Translations under genes and position numbers: made by a program
DNA from: Mobula hypostoma
Taxonomy: Eukaryota
DNA: 64,000 nt
NCBI RefSeq assembly: GCF_963921235.1
Contig: NC_086109.1
Location: 8,496,001-8,560,000, forward strand
Reading direction: 5' to 3'
Shown here: piece by piece, positions 63,584-64,000 of the stretch
Numbering within the stretch: position 1 is the first letter of the stretch
Layout: every line of letters begins with the position of its first letter
Notes under the pieces: generated by a model
The model's input: only the letters and a program-made list of their open reading frames with translations
Told to the model about the DNA's origin: nothing
Databases searched by the model: none

Positions 63584-64000
63584 GGGAGTTCTCCCTGAGT
63601 CACCAGGAGGTCACTATGAGTCACAGGGACTTCCTCCTGAGACACAGGGAGCTCCCCTGAAACACAGGGAGTTCCATGGAGGCACGGGAGACCCTCCAGA
63701 CATGGGGAGTTCCCCATAGGTCACCAGGAAGTTCCCACCGAGTCACCGAGAGATCACCCTGAGTCACGGGGAGTTTCCTTCGAGTCACCAGAAGTTCCCC
63801 CTGAGCCACCGGAAAGTTCCCCACGGTTCACGAAGGGTTCCCCATGCGTCACCAGAAGTTCCCCCTGAGTCACTGGGAGATACCCCTGAGACACAGGGAA
63901 TTCCCTGCAGAGCAGGGAGTTCCCCGAGACACAGGGAGTTCACCCCTGAGTCACCGGGAGCTCCCTCAGAGACACGGGAATTCCCCCGAGATACAAGGAG
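63584..64000. repeat. Degenerate minisatellite, ~21-bp unit (consensus about gggagttccccctgagtcacc), running off the window end
   Basis: About 20 visible units, lengths roughly 19-22 bp. Confidence 0.9.

Noticed and set aside
63397..63824. Coding heptad-repeat protein (VTQGELP)n
   Set aside because: Unit lengths vary and shift frame, and the ORF runs into CR1 sequence; not fully excluded beyond the window edge

Overview
Eukaryotic, transposon-saturated non-coding DNA (intron or intergenic). The repeat inventory points to a cartilaginous fish, probably a ray or shark (inference): CR1 LINEs, HE1/V-domain SINEs, Rex1/Babar LINE tails and abundant Penelope-like elements. I found no host protein-coding exon, rRNA, true tRNA or CRISPR array; the long ORFs are TE pseudogenes or antisense/UTR artefacts. 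Identified TE classes: CR1, Rex1/Babar, Penelope-like GIY-YIG (Neptune-type) elements carrying minimal hammerhead ribozymes, an R4/Dong fragment in a (TAA)n tract, RTE-derived non-autonomous elements, CORE- and V-SINEs, Tc1 and hAT MITEs, a near-complete Buster/Charlie hAT transposase split by three nested insertions, and a Gypsy integrase relic. The most notable structures are: (1) Penelope insertions built from two outward-facing 3' ends, with a ~33-37 nt tail on only one arm, inside a single target-site duplication (TSD), including a 2.2 kb palindrome with a hammerhead in each arm; (2) a terminal minisatellite made of alternating NF-kB-like and AP-1 motifs; (3) RFX X-box motifs in TE-free islands. 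Boundaries of old repeats are approximate (by eye, tens of bp).
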